Made by a program: the position numbers and the translations under genes | Shown here: piece by piece, positions 43,710 to 59,925 of the stretch | How positions within the stretch are numbered: position 1 is the stretch's first letter | How the letters are laid out: each line of letters begins with the position of its first letter | The notes under the pieces: generated by a model | Told to the model about the DNA's origin: nothing | Seen by the model: the letters and a program-made list of their open reading frames with translations, nothing else | The model's database searches: none | Assembly (NCBI RefSeq): GCF_009914755.1 | Contig: NC_060926.1 | Reading direction: 5' to 3' (one strand) | Source of the DNA: the human T2T-CHM13v2.0 reference genome, Homo sapiens | Length of the DNA stretch: 64,000 nt

Positions 43710-43840
43710 TGTGTTGTGGCTCACACCTGTAGTCTCAGCACTTTGGGAAACTGGGGCAGGAGGATCACTTGAAGCCAAGAGTTCGAGACCAGCCTGGGCA
43801 ATATAGCGAGACCCTGTCTCTACAAATGAATAAAATAAAA
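43710..43840 (+). mobile_element. Alu left monomer (FLAM-like)
   Basis: Single-arm consensus. Confidence 0.8.
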
Positions 43841-44497
43841 CTCACTTTTAAAGTACAAACTGCTTTGCATTCCCTGGAAATGGCAATGTATTTGATAGGC
43901 ATTAGCTTTAGTTTTTATTTCATGGAGCAAATCCTTGTAACCTCTCACTTCTTAGGCCACACCATGCCCTCCGCCTGCGTAGACACTCGTGCACTGCATA
44001 GGCCCTGTGTTAAATCCCGCTTAATTGATAGTAGAGATTTTCTTCTCCTACTGCTCCTCCTTCCAAAGTAAATTTAAAATGGAGCAAACTTGAAAGAAAA
44101 AAAGAGGGAGAGAGAGACAAAGGGAGAAAGAAGAAGGAAAGAAAAGAAAAGGAAATCTATGGCTTAACTTCTTACTTGTGGGCCTTGGAGAAAATCAGCT
44201 GAAAGAAAGGGGTGGGAGGAGGTGAGAGTTAACTGGTGCTCAGTAGACTCCAATTACAACCTAATGGCAAACTGGGGAAAGCACAGACTTCTTGTCTTAC
44301 TCTAGTCAGGGGGGTCTGAAAGAAGCTGCAATCCCCTTGGGAGGGAGACTTAGAAAGGCGCCTTGTTTTAGTGTTACTTTTAGAGTAGTGGGGGCCGTGA
44401 TGCTGGTGAGTGGAATAAACAGGAAAAAGAAAAGCAAAAGAACGCTTCCTTTGTGCGTTTTTAACAGGAAAGCCCTCATTGTCTCCTCAGGCTCCAC

Positions 44498-44516
44498 AGA
44501 CGCCACCTAGTGGGCA
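44498..44516 (-). promoter_or_regulatory. Predicted CTCF binding site
   Basis: Minus strand TGCCCACTAGGTGGCGTCT matches the CTCF core CCAC(C/T)AG(G/A)(G/T)GGCG; lies in non-repetitive DNA. Confidence 0.75.
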
Positions 44517-45059
44517 AACAACCAGCTGACACTCAGCCGGCAGCTGGGGTCAGCCAGAGTTGACATTTCACGTCGCCCTTACTTCACCTGCCCAGTGCAG
44601 GAGTGTAGACAGCGCTTTAGCTCCTCGAAGGTTGCCCATCACTTTTGGGGTAGAAGCAGCAGCTGATCAGGACTGACGGAAGGTGGCTCGGGAGAACCAG
44701 GGAGCCCCAAGAGGTGGGACAGAGCAAAGGGGAGTCCTGGCTGCCGCATGCCAGCCAGGAGTCAGGAACTAGAGAGGCCAAGGACTGGCCAGGGTTCCAG
44801 CAACACCAAGGATCTGGAATCTAGGGTATCTGATGAGGCGAGTTGGAACTCAGTGGTCCTCAAAACAGAGGTCTAATGCTTAGAAGGTCATCACTATTCA
44901 AGACAGTAGCACCAGCCTGCAGACATGCAGTGGTGAGGTTCATTCTAGGCAGGAAATAGCTCTCCTCTGATCCATGCTATATTTTATACTACTGTGTGTG
45001 CCTTTGTGGGCCTGGAGAAGACTTCTGGGGCCCGAGAAAGTCTGGATATAAGGAATATT

Positions 45060-45850
<791 letters not shown>

Positions 45851-45930
45851 ACCCTAACTGAGTTAGCTGGAATGGAGGGTGACTCAAAAGTTACATGGCA
45901 TAGCCTCTTGGGCAAACACTCTCCACAGCA

Positions 45931-46193
<263 letters not shown>

Positions 46194-47392
46194 TTATTTG
46201 TTTATTTAAACACTCTCAACTCAAACAAATTTGAAATGGTTCTATTTTTCTCTAACCACTGCCTTCAACTATATGAAGATACATCTTACTGCCTACTGGA
46301 TAACAGGTACTCTAATAATATCTTGGGTGTTTCTTCAGCTTCCTGGTCACTCTTAGTTATGAAAAGTCTATTTAATTTAAGGTTCCAACATCATATCTGA
46401 TTGAAAGTATTCCCTCCCCTCATCACCTGAGAGCTTGTAACTGCAGGGAACTGAGTGGAGGGTGTGACATGAATGACTCTTTTACCCTTCTTCCCCCATA
46501 TCTTCTGGATGGGGTGGCTGCGGCACAGTCTGCCCTTGAGATACCGTCTCCACAGGACACAGGCTCCTGTGGGCTCTAGCTCCTCTGGGAGGTTGAGTCG
46601 GGGGAGGAAGAAGAGAGAAAGGGACAGGTGTCTCCTACTTCACTGGGTGGTGTTGTGGCCTTGTCCCGTGGCTGTCCTGCATCTCTGGCTCTCTTGGGTG
46701 CATGAGGTCTTCAGAGGGCTCTTAGCAGGGAGTCTCCCTACTGCACTATTGCCCATGTAAGAGTTCCAGCTCTGGCCCAGCCTCTCTCAATCCCCCTTGG
46801 CTCCTGCCAGCCTTCTTGGCCCAACCTCCTTTACCCTCCTCAGGGTCCGTTTGACCAACGCGAATATCATATATCCTTGCCACACCAGCCAGTGGGATTG
46901 AATCCTGCTCCACGTTCATCCTCCTCGTTTGACCCTGACATTGGGTTCTTTCATTTTCATTTCCCCTGCTTAGAAAGGCACAGAACAAATTCACATGTCT
47001 ACTCCCTAACCAGAAAGACAACAAGAGAATAAAATATCTAAATCCCCCCTTTTCAAGCTTCCCCACTATCTATGAGTAAATTGCTTAGAAGTCGTCTCCC
47101 ATTCTTTAGCTTGGAGGGGGACGGGCATTCCCTCCCCTTCACTAAAGCAATGTTCCTTGCAAAAATCATTGCACGGCTCACAGGGATGAGGGCTTGAATG
47201 ATGGATGCAAGTAGGAAAGCCAGTTAAGGCACAGCTTAATACTCCCAAGGGAGGCGCCTAACCCAACGGTTGGTGGCTGTCTTTAGAACATGAGGTACGT
47301 AAACCTTTGTCCTCATCTTTGAGCCCCAGTCAGCAATTCCTGGGCTCCAGAAACAGTTCTCACTCAACATCCTGTTTCAAAAGTAAGAAATG

Positions 47393-47550
47393 GTTGGGCT
47401 CATGACTGTAATTCCAGCATTTGGGAGGCTGAGGCGGAGGATCCCTTGAGCCTAGGAGTTCAAGATTTCAGTGAGCTATGATTATGCCACTGCACTCCAG
47501 CATGGGCAACACAGTGAGACCTTGTCTCAAAAAAAAAAAAAAAAAAAAAG
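47393..47550 (+). mobile_element. Alu monomer (FAM/FRAM-like)
   Basis: Single arm with poly(A). Confidence 0.78.
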
Positions 47551-47789
47551 TAAAAGAAATGAAAACTGTCTCAACACAAATGCAAAAGATTTCTTCTTTT
47601 TTTGCCTAATGACATATAATGTTAATAGATTCACAAGACAGGTATGTAGATGTGTACAAACATTGAAATACATCAACTATACAACACAGGATGAGCATGA
47701 TAAGGCTTAAAGTTCAGGTAAAAAGAAAAATAAAAGGAAAGGCTAGGAGATTTTAGTGGATGAGCTCGCAATGTGACTTGGCCACCAAA

Positions 47790-48530
47790 GCACTTAATGA
47801 AATCTGTGACCAGACACCTCAGAGTATATAGTCCAGCACAGAATGATAATAGCCTCATTGCTCTCACTCTGCTTGGGCCATATCTGGAGGACAATGTGCA
47901 ATTCTGGGAACCACCTGGGAAAGAGCAGGTGGTCAAACAATATTGACAGAGCTCAACGAAAAGCAACTGGATGAGAAGGTGCTTATAAGATGCCCCATGG
48001 GAATATTTGAACACACTGGGGATTTTTCATTTGGATATGACTTGAGGACGGGGAGAGGAAATGATTGCTCTTTGAAGGGTGTTAGTAGTTCCAGAGAGTA
48101 AAGCTAAAGCAAATGAACATATAAGTTACAGAGAGGAAGACTGCAACTCAATATAAGAAGAAACATCAAACTTTTCTAATGATACTAATAGTTATCACTG
48201 AGTGCTCACTGTGAGTCTAGCACTCGACTTGTATGAACTCATGAAATCTTCACAGCAACCTATAAGGCGGGTACTATTGTCCTCATTTTATGGATGAGGA
48301 GACTGAGTGGCATCAAGATAAGTAACTTGTCCAAGGTTACAAGTTCTTGAGTGTCAGGGTTGATGCAAACCCAGGCAGTCCAGCTCCAGAACCCACAGTT
48401 CACCTGCCGCCCTATGCTACCATTCCATGGAGTGGGATGCTCTCCTTCACCCCAAGCATGCAAGGATTACAGGATTTTCTGCACTGGGTTGGAGGTTTGA
48501 CTAAGAGTTCTCTGAAGTCTTTCCAAATGC
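47790..48530. mobile_element. L3/CR1-like fragments with an inserted MIR (~48180-48420)
   Basis: ctctgcttgggccatatctggag...tgtgcaattctggg; attgtcctcattttatggatgaggagactgag. Confidence 0.6.
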
Positions 48531-48900
48531 TATAAGAAACTAAATGTGATTGTTTTCCATGAAAATAATTTTTCATTTAAAAGTATTCCTTCTTTCATTT
48601 GGCAAATATATGTTCACTTAGTATGGGCCAGGCCCCTGTGAATAATAGTATTCATAGATAAAATCCTTCAAAAACCAGCTTCTCTTGTGTATTGAAAACA
48701 TGACTGATAACTCTTTTATTTATCCCAAACTTTCAGAATCCGTGAAGGAAATAAAGTACATGCATGCCTTTCACCTTTGCAGTGCTGACTGAGTTTGTTG
48801 TTAAGTACCAGCTAAACATTTCATAACAGTAGCACTCCAGAGTCTTTTCGGAAACCAAGTCTATGATGACCTATATCTGTACCAAACATTAGTTCCTGGA

Positions 48901-49169
48901 TTTTTTTTTCCTCTGTCACCCAGGCTGTAGTGCAGTGGTGATCTCAGCTCACTGCAACCTCCAGGGTTCAAGCAATCCTCCTTCCTCAGCCTCCTGAGTA
49001 GCTGGGACTACAGGCATGCACCACCATACCCAGGTAATTTTGGTATTTTTTGTAGAGACAGGGTTGCGCTACATTACCCAGGCTGGTCTCCAACTCCTGA
49101 GCTCAAGCAATCCGCCTGCCTCGGCCTCCCAAAGTGCTGGGGTTATGTGTGTGAGCCACCATGCCCAGC
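48901..49169 (-). mobile_element. AluJ-like element
   Basis: Reverse consensus match. Confidence 0.85.
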
Positions 49170-49809
49170 GGACTTTCTTAAACAGCAGCTTATCAATCAA
49201 TGCCCAGGGAAAACTTGCCCCATCTCTTTAGAAACCCCATAGTAGCCAAGTTTCCTAAGCATCCCAGGAATAGAGCTGTTGTTTCTCCCAAGAGAGCTAA
49301 CATGTTTCTATTACCTCTTCAAGATGTGAAATCCAGATAGTGTTCTGTTCTGAAGAGTCAGAGAAGTTCTGAGTCACCTGGAGATCATTCCAGGAGGAAT
49401 AAAAGACTTCTACATGTAACCAGCTTACATCATATCCAAAATAAACACAAGGAATATTTAAGCATGACCAAAATGCTGTAATTATTTAATGACAAAACCA
49501 CATATAACAGGAGGTGGGGACAGTTATTAATAAGAACTGGCTGAAGTTTAAGGAAGTTCACTAGTAGAGGGAAACCTGCTCTTTTGTTAGAAAAACAGTC
49601 TAGTGGATGGATTGGTTATGAACAACTAGGCTCCTTAGGAATTAACCTAGATGGGAAAGAGTTAATTAATAAGAGTTCCATTGCTTTTCAAAACAAAATC
49701 ACAGAAAATTTGAATCTTTCTCTACTGTGCAGGAGACCAAAGTTGTGGAAGTATAGGAGAGAAAGTGAAAGAGAAAGCTCTTGGTGGAGGGGCATCTGGG
49801 TACAATGGT

Positions 49810-50526
<717 letters not shown>

Positions 50527-50619
50527 ATGAGGAGAAGGATGGCTGGGATAAATCCCCCAGGGAAGGATGGCAAGGACCTTTAAAAAAAGCAATGTTTAAT
50601 AGTCAATTTAAATGTTCTC

Positions 50620-51245
50620 TTACACCTGTAATCCCAGCACCTTGGGAGGATGAGGTGGGAAGATTGTTTGAGCCCAGGGGTTTGAGACCAGCCTAGGCAA
50701 CATAATAAGACCCCGTCTCTACAAAATTTTTTTTTAAAGTTTAACTGGGCATGATAGTGTGCACCTGTACTCCAGCTACTCAGGAGGCTGAGGCAGGAGA
50801 ATCGCTTGATCCTGGGAGGCGGAGGTTGCAGTGAGCCGCAATCGCGCCACTGAACTCCAGGCTGGACAACGGAGCGAGACTGTCTCAAAAAAAAGAAAAA
50901 GAGGCTGGTCGTGGCGACTCACGCCTGTAATCCCAGCACTTTGGGAGGCCGAAGTGGGTGGATCACCTGAGGTCAGGAGTCCGAGACCAGCCTGGCAAAC
51001 ATGGCAAAACCCCGTCTTGACTAAAAATACAAAAATTAGCAGGGCATGGTGGCGGGCACCTGTCCCAGCTACTGGAGAGGCTGAGGTAGGAGAATCACTT
51101 GAACCCAGGAAGTGGAGGTTCCAGTGAGCCGAGATTGCGCCACTGCACTCCAGCTTGGGTAACAGAGCGAGACCCTGTCTCAAAAAAAAAAAAAAAAAAA
51201 AAAAGAAAGAAAGAAAGAAAGAAAAAGAAAAGAAAAAGAAAGAAA
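50620..51245 (+). mobile_element. Tandem Alus: 5'-truncated (~50620-50900) and AluS (~50902-51245)
   Basis: Two consensus copies with A/(GAAA)n tails. Confidence 0.88.
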
Positions 51246-51259
51246 GTTAGAGCCCCAAA

Positions 51260-51506
51260 ACATCCCAGCCATGGGTGGATGAGGTGAAGATTACTCTGAG
51301 GTGTTTCTCATGCTCTCCAGATTCCCCAGCGGCATCAAGCTTCTGTTGCCCATGGTGGAAATACACACTTCATTCACTTCCTTCCCCTCCTGGTCTCACT
51401 TTCCCTCTGCCCCATTAGTGCTTCCTGGGCTCAGCTCCTACATGAGCTACTTTTGATCAAACTGTAGTCTGTGGGTTTGATACTGGATGATCCTAAAGTT
51501 GGACAA
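51260..51506. mobile_element. LTR16-like (ERVL) LTR fragment
   Basis: ctccagattccccagcgg...cttccttcccctcctggtctcact...gtgcttcctggg motifs. Confidence 0.55.
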
Positions 51507-53543
51507 TAACAAAAAATCTGCAAACTAAAACTGGGATCCGAGAGTTTTCTTAGCTCAGCATGGAAAAAAATCCTAATATTCTTAATTAACGTTTGTTAAT
51601 GTCTTTGATAACCCCTTGCCCTGGAAAACAATACTATATCAAAGTCTCTTGTTTCTTTCATGGCTTTCATCATTAAATTGGAAAAGCTGGAAAACAACAA
51701 ATGTTTGTATTTTTGGAGTTCAATTTTACTTTGCTCCCTGCTAGCACCTTAAAACAGATGGTATCCATTCAGATGGAAATGAGGTATAAAAGTGATTTTT
51801 ATTAAAATTAACATTCAATTTAGATTTTGCTTTATTATGCATACCACAAATAACTGTGTGAGTTCCCTGTAAAGAGGTTGTATATATGACATAATTTATA
51901 GTTATTCATGCTCTATCAATTACATTGAAATGATGACTGGAGTTACCACAGTACCTCAATAATCATTACTATGTAATTTGCAGTTTTCTGGATTAGGGAA
52001 CTCTTTAGAAGCTGCATGTAACTAGCCAATTGTTTTTAGAGAGTACAGTAATGACTGTTATTACTGAGGAGTTGAATGAAGCTCCTTTTTATGCCCTGAA
52101 GATTACTTGATGATATCATTTTTTTAAAAAAAAAGTAACCAACAGATAAACAGACAGCAAACCAAGTATATAATGGTCCAATAATGTGGGCCAACACTGT
52201 TGGCTGTGAAAATTACCACAATCTTCCATTGATTTTTATTTCTCTAGTGGGAACACCTGCCTATGCAAGCATACTTAATTAGATGGATTGCCTTGGCCCG
52301 TGAATGGTATTAGAACAGGTGAAAATAAAGGGAAGATTTCTGAGATTTTGTTTAGTATATAAAAGTGCAATAGGCTGCAAACACGACTCAAACTAAGTCA
52401 GGCTCACCTTATTCAAAACAAATCTAACTCTATCCTCTCTTCCAGACTTCTTGAATATAGTGCCCAAACCCACTTCCACTTCCCTTCAGTAACCTGACCC
52501 TGAACTAGAATTTATTACTACAGCTCGCTTCTCAGAAAATCTTTATTTTCTATAGATAGAGCCCATTAAAATCTTTCTTACATTTAAGTACTTGAAAGCA
52601 ATATTTCCCCTCTTTATTTTTCCCTTTTAAGCTAAGCCATAGTAAACTGTCTTCAGACATTTTTTGGTGCACAAAAATATTTTTTTCCTCCAGAACAGAC
52701 CCCAAGCTGAAGTGTTAGGCATTCGCCATTTGCTTTCCATCCCAGTAACCTCCTTTCTTTTTCCCCACGTCCCTCTTCCTACAGTCACCTTTAGATGTGC
52801 AGTCCATGTCTGAGCAAAGCCTGCTTTTATGACAGTGCCTCATGCCCGCCCATGTGTTACCTTTCCCAGTGATCCCTGCTCTGTAAAATTACCACTAGGC
52901 AGTGAATAAGATTTTCATCCCATCTTAAAGCACCTCAGCCAGTGGGTGGGGGAAGGCATTTGGGGAGGGCCAAGTAGCTTCTGAAATCTGTGTCCCAGGC
53001 TGTACCTTGTCAAGTTATCTTCCTTAACTATGGGTATGGCTGGTGAAACTGCCCATCATCTAGATTTCCCTGCTAGAAAAACGGACGTCCCTGTCTGAAA
53101 ACAACCACAATGACAGCAATGGGACTTAGTCTTTGATGCCCTCATTTTCTGCAGCAGTGACTCCAAAATAAAAGCTCCTGCCTTTCACTGGTAAGTTCCC
53201 CTAGAAACCACTGTAATATGTTTATTAAGATCTTTGTGTAAGCTCTGTCTCACTACTAGTATTGGGCTCCAGTTTCTAATTTTAGTAAGATTTACACTAG
53301 CCAGCTCAGCGAAATAGCCCTCTTATATTTTTGTTCAATGGATCAACTCCAGCTGTTTTATAACTAAACCATTTTATTTAGTAGTCTCCAAAAGCACCCC
53401 ATAAAATGCTTCATGAGTGCTTTCTTGGGCCCATTTTAATGAGCAAGACCTACTACATTTTGGAAATTCCCATACTCAGAATCTCTTTTACTTCTAGAAA
53501 ACTCCAACTGATGGCAATACAACCTACAGAAAATCTATCACCA

Positions 53544-53821
53544 GCCGGGTATGGTGGCTCACACCTGTAATCTCAGCACTTTGGGGGCTCAAAGTGGGAG
53601 GATTGCTTGAAGCCAAGAGTTCAAGATCAGCCTGGGCAACACAGTGAGACCCCATTTCTACAAAAAAGAAATTAGCTGGGTGTGGTGGTATGCGCCGAGT
53701 AGCTGAGTCCCAGCTACTTGAGAAGCTGAGGCAGGAAGATTGCTTGAGCCCAGGAGGTTGAGGCTACAGTGGACCATGATTGTTCCACTGCACTCCAGAT
53801 GACAGAGCAAGACCCTGTCAA
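53544..53821 (+). mobile_element. AluJ-like element
   Basis: Consensus match; agaaaatct recurs on both sides of Alu plus tail. Confidence 0.86.
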
Positions 53822-54132
53822 AGAAAGGAAGAAAGAGAAGAAAAGAAAGAGAAGAAAGGAAAGAAAGAAGGAACGGAGGAAGGAAGGAAAGAAGGAAGGA
53901 AGGAAAGGGAAGGGAAGGGGAAGGAAAGGGAAGGGAAGGGGAAGGGGAAGGAAAGGGAAGGGAAAGGAAAGGGAAGGGGAAGGGAAGGGAAGGGGAAGGG
54001 AAGGGAAGGGAAGGGGAAGGGAAGGGAAGGGGAAGGGAGGTGAAGGGAGGGGAGGGGAAGGAGGAAGGGAGAAAGGGAGCAAGGAAGGAAGGAAGGAAGG
54101 AAGAAGAGAAAGAGAAAAGGAAAGAAAGAAAA
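53819..54132. repeat. ~310-bp (GAAA/GGAA/GGGAA)n polypurine tract
   Basis: Read directly. Confidence 0.95.
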
Positions 54133-54589
54133 TCTGTTGCCTATGTGGGATGAAATGACAAAGTGACAAGACTGACAGAAAGGCTGAAGTAGACACATTT
54201 GGGTGCTGCTCAGTTCTCCCTCCTCAGGAAACTTCCCTCCTTACCCAGTTCCACAGAGGAGGGCCGTCGGCAGCTATGTTTATACTACACATCTCCACTG
54301 CCCTGGCCACAGCCAACTGGACCTGAGGGGACCATCTAATCAAAGTTGGGCCAATCCAATTCTTTGTCCCAGGAATTTGGAATTGGGACTGAGAACTCAG
54401 TTGGCCTGTATATGTTTTGCAAGCTTAGGAGCAAGGGATGGGGGTGAGGGCTGGATGTCACATGCTGCCAGGTGGGCAGGAGAAGCAAGAAAGCCAATCT
54501 GAAGAGAAAGGAGAATGAAGGCAACAGATAGAGAGCACAAGAGATCAACAGTGCAGCACTGGTTTTTTGGTTTTTTTTTTTTTTTTTGG

Positions 54590-54800
54590 CCTTTATTTAT
54601 TTATTTATTTCCATAGGTTTTGGGGGAACAGGGGTGTTTGGTTACATGAGTGAGTTCTTTAGTGGTGATTTGTGAGATTTTGGTGCACCCATCACCTGAG
54701 CAGTGTACACTGAGCCAAATTTGTAGCCTTTTATCCCTCTACCCCTTCTGATTCTTTCCCCCACCGAGGCCCCACAGTCCATTGTATCACTCTTATGTCT
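54590..54800 (-). mobile_element. L1PB-type 3' end fragment
   Basis: ataggttttgggggaacagg...ttctttagtggtgatttgtgagattttggtgcacccatcacc. Confidence 0.78.
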
Positions 54801-54939
54801 TTAAGGTGCAGTGTTCTGACCATATCCCAGTCCCTGGGTCCAGCCCTTGCTGAAGCTCAGCTTCACTTTGCGCTGCCATCAGATTCCATGAGCACCCCCT
54901 GTAGCCTTATGACAAAGCCCTCAGTTCTGCTAAAACTGG

Positions 54940-56205
<1,266 letters not shown>

Positions 56206-57689
56206 CATAAAGTAGTTTCCATTAGTTACGACCAGACTCCTAAATAATGGCCGAACACATAAACACTGGGCCAGGAAACCTAGATTCTATTTTCTCACTT
56301 ACAGTAAGCTGAATGCTCTTTTGGGGTATTATCAGCTCTTCAAGGAAATCTGTAGGACAGGTAGATGCTCAACTAATGAAGAAGCCACCTGAGCCCAAGT
56401 GGTGAGGCTGTCAGAGGCCAAACAGTGAAAGGACTGTGGATGAGCTGTCCCCCCAGTGGCCAAGAATCACAAGCACCAGCTCTCCCAGGCCATTCCACCA
56501 CTCTCTGTCCACCCACAGATTCCACATAACATGTTTTTCAGCCCGTTTTAGAATGGCAGCATTTACCTTAATCCCAGAGCATTAGGAAGAACTCATTATC
56601 ACTGCATCTGGTGTAGAGGTCCCAATTTACTTTCTGCCAGTGCTAGAAGCTCTTCACTCTCCTACTCTCCTCTTCTATGACTCAGAAGAGCTCTTCCCCT
56701 TCCCTCTCATCCTGACTCCACCCTGCCCAGCTTCCACAGCTCCCTCATTCCTGAAGTCCCCAAGCTCTACTGCATTCTCAGGCTGCCTGGCACCAACAGC
56801 GCTACCCCCACCCGGCTCCTACCTCAAGTCTGTCATGTACCTCTTAGGAGAGCTTCAGCCTCGAGGACCCCCATCCCTCGGGTCACCCACAGGGAAGGTG
56901 ACATTTCCTCCCAGCTAGCAGGGCCCAAGCCTGTGAATGACACAGATAAGTTCCAGGAGTAGCCGGTTCATAGGCACAGCCCTTGGCTTATGTGGCTGAG
57001 GTACATACGGTAGCCACAGCTCTCTCTCTTTCTCTCTCCTTCCTAACTCCACTGGTCTCGTTCTGTGTCTGTTTCTCTCCGTGCACCCACCACATTCTTT
57101 TTTCACTCTCAGCAGCTTCCTTTTTTACTTAAACAAAGCCCACCCTATGCTCCATTTCTGCAGGCCCATACATCACAGTACCCACAGATCACTGGAGTTT
57201 CTCTGTGTCTTTTATTTCTAATTCTCAAAACAGCTTCTGAGAAGTTCGGGTCATCTTTTTAGGCCAACCAATACCAATCAGAGGCACTGGCTCACCTCTG
57301 CATGGAGGCCCCTGGCCAGTGGCCTAGGGATTTAGGGGCTGGGAATGGGGTCCTCAGCAGAACAGGCAGGAACTCTTCCAGAAGGGTGCCAGGTGGGAAG
57401 TCCTCCTGATGAAATGCCACTCCTCTACTAAGACCTGCCTCTCTCCTAGGAGGTTAGGTGTGATCTGAGGGTAACCCAACCACCTAAATATCTACTCTAT
57501 CGAATCTCAAAGTTCAAGAAATTGTCTCCGGAAAAGTCTTGCTACTGGATGATATGTTACACACAAGCACAGCTTGGGAGTCTTACAAAACAGTACATTA
57601 GAGACCATCTAGTCCAGGAAGAGCAAACCTGACTCATCTCATGCCAACTCTGACTGCCTGCAGCATTGCATTGTAAAGAATGTGCCCTA

Positions 57690-58516
57690 TTCTCAAAAGA
57701 AGACAGACAACTGGCCAAGTAATGTGAAAAAATGCTCAGCATCACTAATCATCAGAGAAATGCAAATCAAAACCACAATGAGATACCATCTCACACCAGT
57801 CAGGATGGCTATTATTTAAAAGTCAAAAAATAACAGATGTTGCCAAGTTTCAGAGAAAAGAGAACACTTATATGCTGTTAGTGGAATTGTAAATTAGTTC
57901 AGCCCCTGTGGAAAGCAGTTTGGAGATTTCTCAAAGAACTTAGAGTAGAATTACCATTCAACCCAGCAACCTCATTACTGGGTATGTACCCAAAGGAAAA
58001 TAAATCATTCTACCAAAAAGACACCAGCACTCGCATGTTCATTGCAGAACTGTTCACAATTGCAAAGACATGGAATCAACCCAGGTGCCCATCAACAGTG
58101 GATTGGATTTAAAAAAAAAAGTACATATACACCATGAAATACTATGCAGCCACAAAAAAGAACAAAATCATGCTCTTTGCAGCAACGTGGATGTAGCTGG
58201 AGGCCATTATCCTAAGTGAATTAACATAGAAACAGAAAACCAAATACTGCATATTCTCATTTATAAGTGAGAGCTAAACACTGCATACACATGGACATTA
58301 GAATGCCAACAATAGACACTGGGGACTCCAAAAGTGAGGAGGGAGGATGGGGGAGGAGAATGGGTTAAAAAGCTACCCATTGGGTTGGGTACTATGGTCA
58401 CTATTTGGGTGATATTCATTCAAAGCCCAGACCCCAACATCATGCAACATATCCATGCAACAAATCTACACATGTACCTTCTGAGTCTAAAATTGAAAAA
58501 AAAGAAGAAGAAGAAG
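57690..58516 (+). mobile_element. 5'-truncated L1PB-type element (ORF2 C-terminal remnant plus 3' UTR)
   Basis: gaaatgcaaatcaaaaccacaatgagataccatctcacaccagtcag; TSD-like aagaa(tg/ca)tgcccta on both sides. Confidence 0.88.
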
Positions 58517-58589
58517 AAGAACATGCCCTAATCATTTTGTGATGTTTGGGTGTGAGTTATTTGCTGGATATTTGCTTGACACATTGAGT

Positions 58590-59066
58590 CGTTCACCACT
58601 GTTTTCTCAGGGGAACTATCTTTTCCCTACTCAATGTGGTGGAGTGGAGTGTCTGTGATGGTGTTCTGTCCCTTCCATCCTCAGTGGTTGGCAAATGATC
58701 CAGGCTGAACCAATTACAGTACACTATCCCTCTGGCCTCAGTGATGGTGCAGAGAGGATATGTGATCCCTGCAAGACTTGAGTGTTTTCTATGATAGATA
58801 TGCCTTGTTAAGCTAGCAAGCTGAGGTTGCCAAATGCCCTCTTCCTCATGACATGAGAAAGCCTGAGGCAGCCTGAAGACAAGGGAAGTCCTGCAGAACA
58901 GAGTTGGAGAAAGAGAGAGAGAAAGCTAAATCATTTTATAATATAACTTTTATAATAAGTTTTATCTACTGGATCCAACTATGCCCAAAGGAGCCAATAA
59001 ATTCCTTTTTTTCCCTTAAACTATTCAAGTGTTCTGTTACATGCAACTAACGGAATTCTAACTAAT
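58590..59066. mobile_element. Old MLT1-type LTR fragment
   Basis: gagccaataaattcc...ttctgttacatgcaactaa..aattctaactaata terminus. Confidence 0.55.
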
Positions 59067-59367
59067 AATCCCATTCATTGTAAAGATGAGGGGACTGGGA
59101 GTCCAAGAGGTTAACTGATTTGCCTATGACCAACCACTCAGCTATTAAGTTATATGGCCAGTTAGAAAGATTCTAAAAGAATGTGACATGGATCATTTAT
59201 TCCTGCTGGCTCACAGAAAAAAGGTATTTGGATGCTGATTCTGTCATTAATTCTCTTCCAGTTCTATGTCATCTGAAAATTGATAAGGATACCATGAATG
59301 TCAAAGCCACTACTAATATTCTTAGACAAAACAAAACTAAATCCCAAGCATCGAAATCTTTCCCCCA

Positions 59368-59658
59368 GGGCTGGGGGTGGTGGCTTACACTATAAACACT
59401 TTGAAAGGCTGAGGCGGGAGGATGGCTTGAAGCCAAGAGTTCAAGACCAGCCTGGGTAGCATAGTGAGACCCACATCTCTTTAAAAAAATTAGCCAGGCA
59501 CCGTGGTGCTCACTTGCAGTCCTAGCTACTTGGGAGGTTGAGATGAGAGGATCACTTGAGCCCAGGAGTTGGTGGCTGCATTGAGCTATGACCACACCAC
59601 TGCACTCCAGCTTGGATGACAGAGCAAGACCCCAACTCCAAAGAAAAAGAAAAAGAAA
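59368..59658 (+). mobile_element. AluJ-like element
   Basis: Consensus match. Confidence 0.85.
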
Positions 59659-59769
59659 AGGAAATCTTCTTCCAGAATATCACTGACCCATTAACCAGTA
59701 TTAATTTGCTATCACTGTTCAGTTTCTTACTAACCCCCCTCACTGTACTACTGTGCAGTCTACACCCTT

Positions 59770-59925
59770 GCCACTCAAAGTGTGGCCTGTGAACCAGCAT
59801 AATTGGCAGCACCTGGCAGTTTGTTAAAATACACTCACAGGCCCCATCCAACCTACAGAATAAGAATCTGTATTTTAACAAGATGCCTAGGGGATTCACT
59901 GCACAGTAAAGTTCAGATGCGCTGG
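59770..59925. mobile_element. MER5A-like DNA transposon remnant
   Basis: ctcaaagtgtgg...ccagcat...gcacctgg...aatctgtattttaacaagat. Confidence 0.72.

Noticed and set aside
53714-54198. Several 87-160-aa low-complexity ORFs on both strands
   Set aside because: Artefacts of the stop-free GA-rich repeat
56442-56462. Partial CTCF-like motif (minus strand TGGCCACTGGGGGGACAGC)
   Set aside because: Mismatches at core positions; much weaker than the 44501 site
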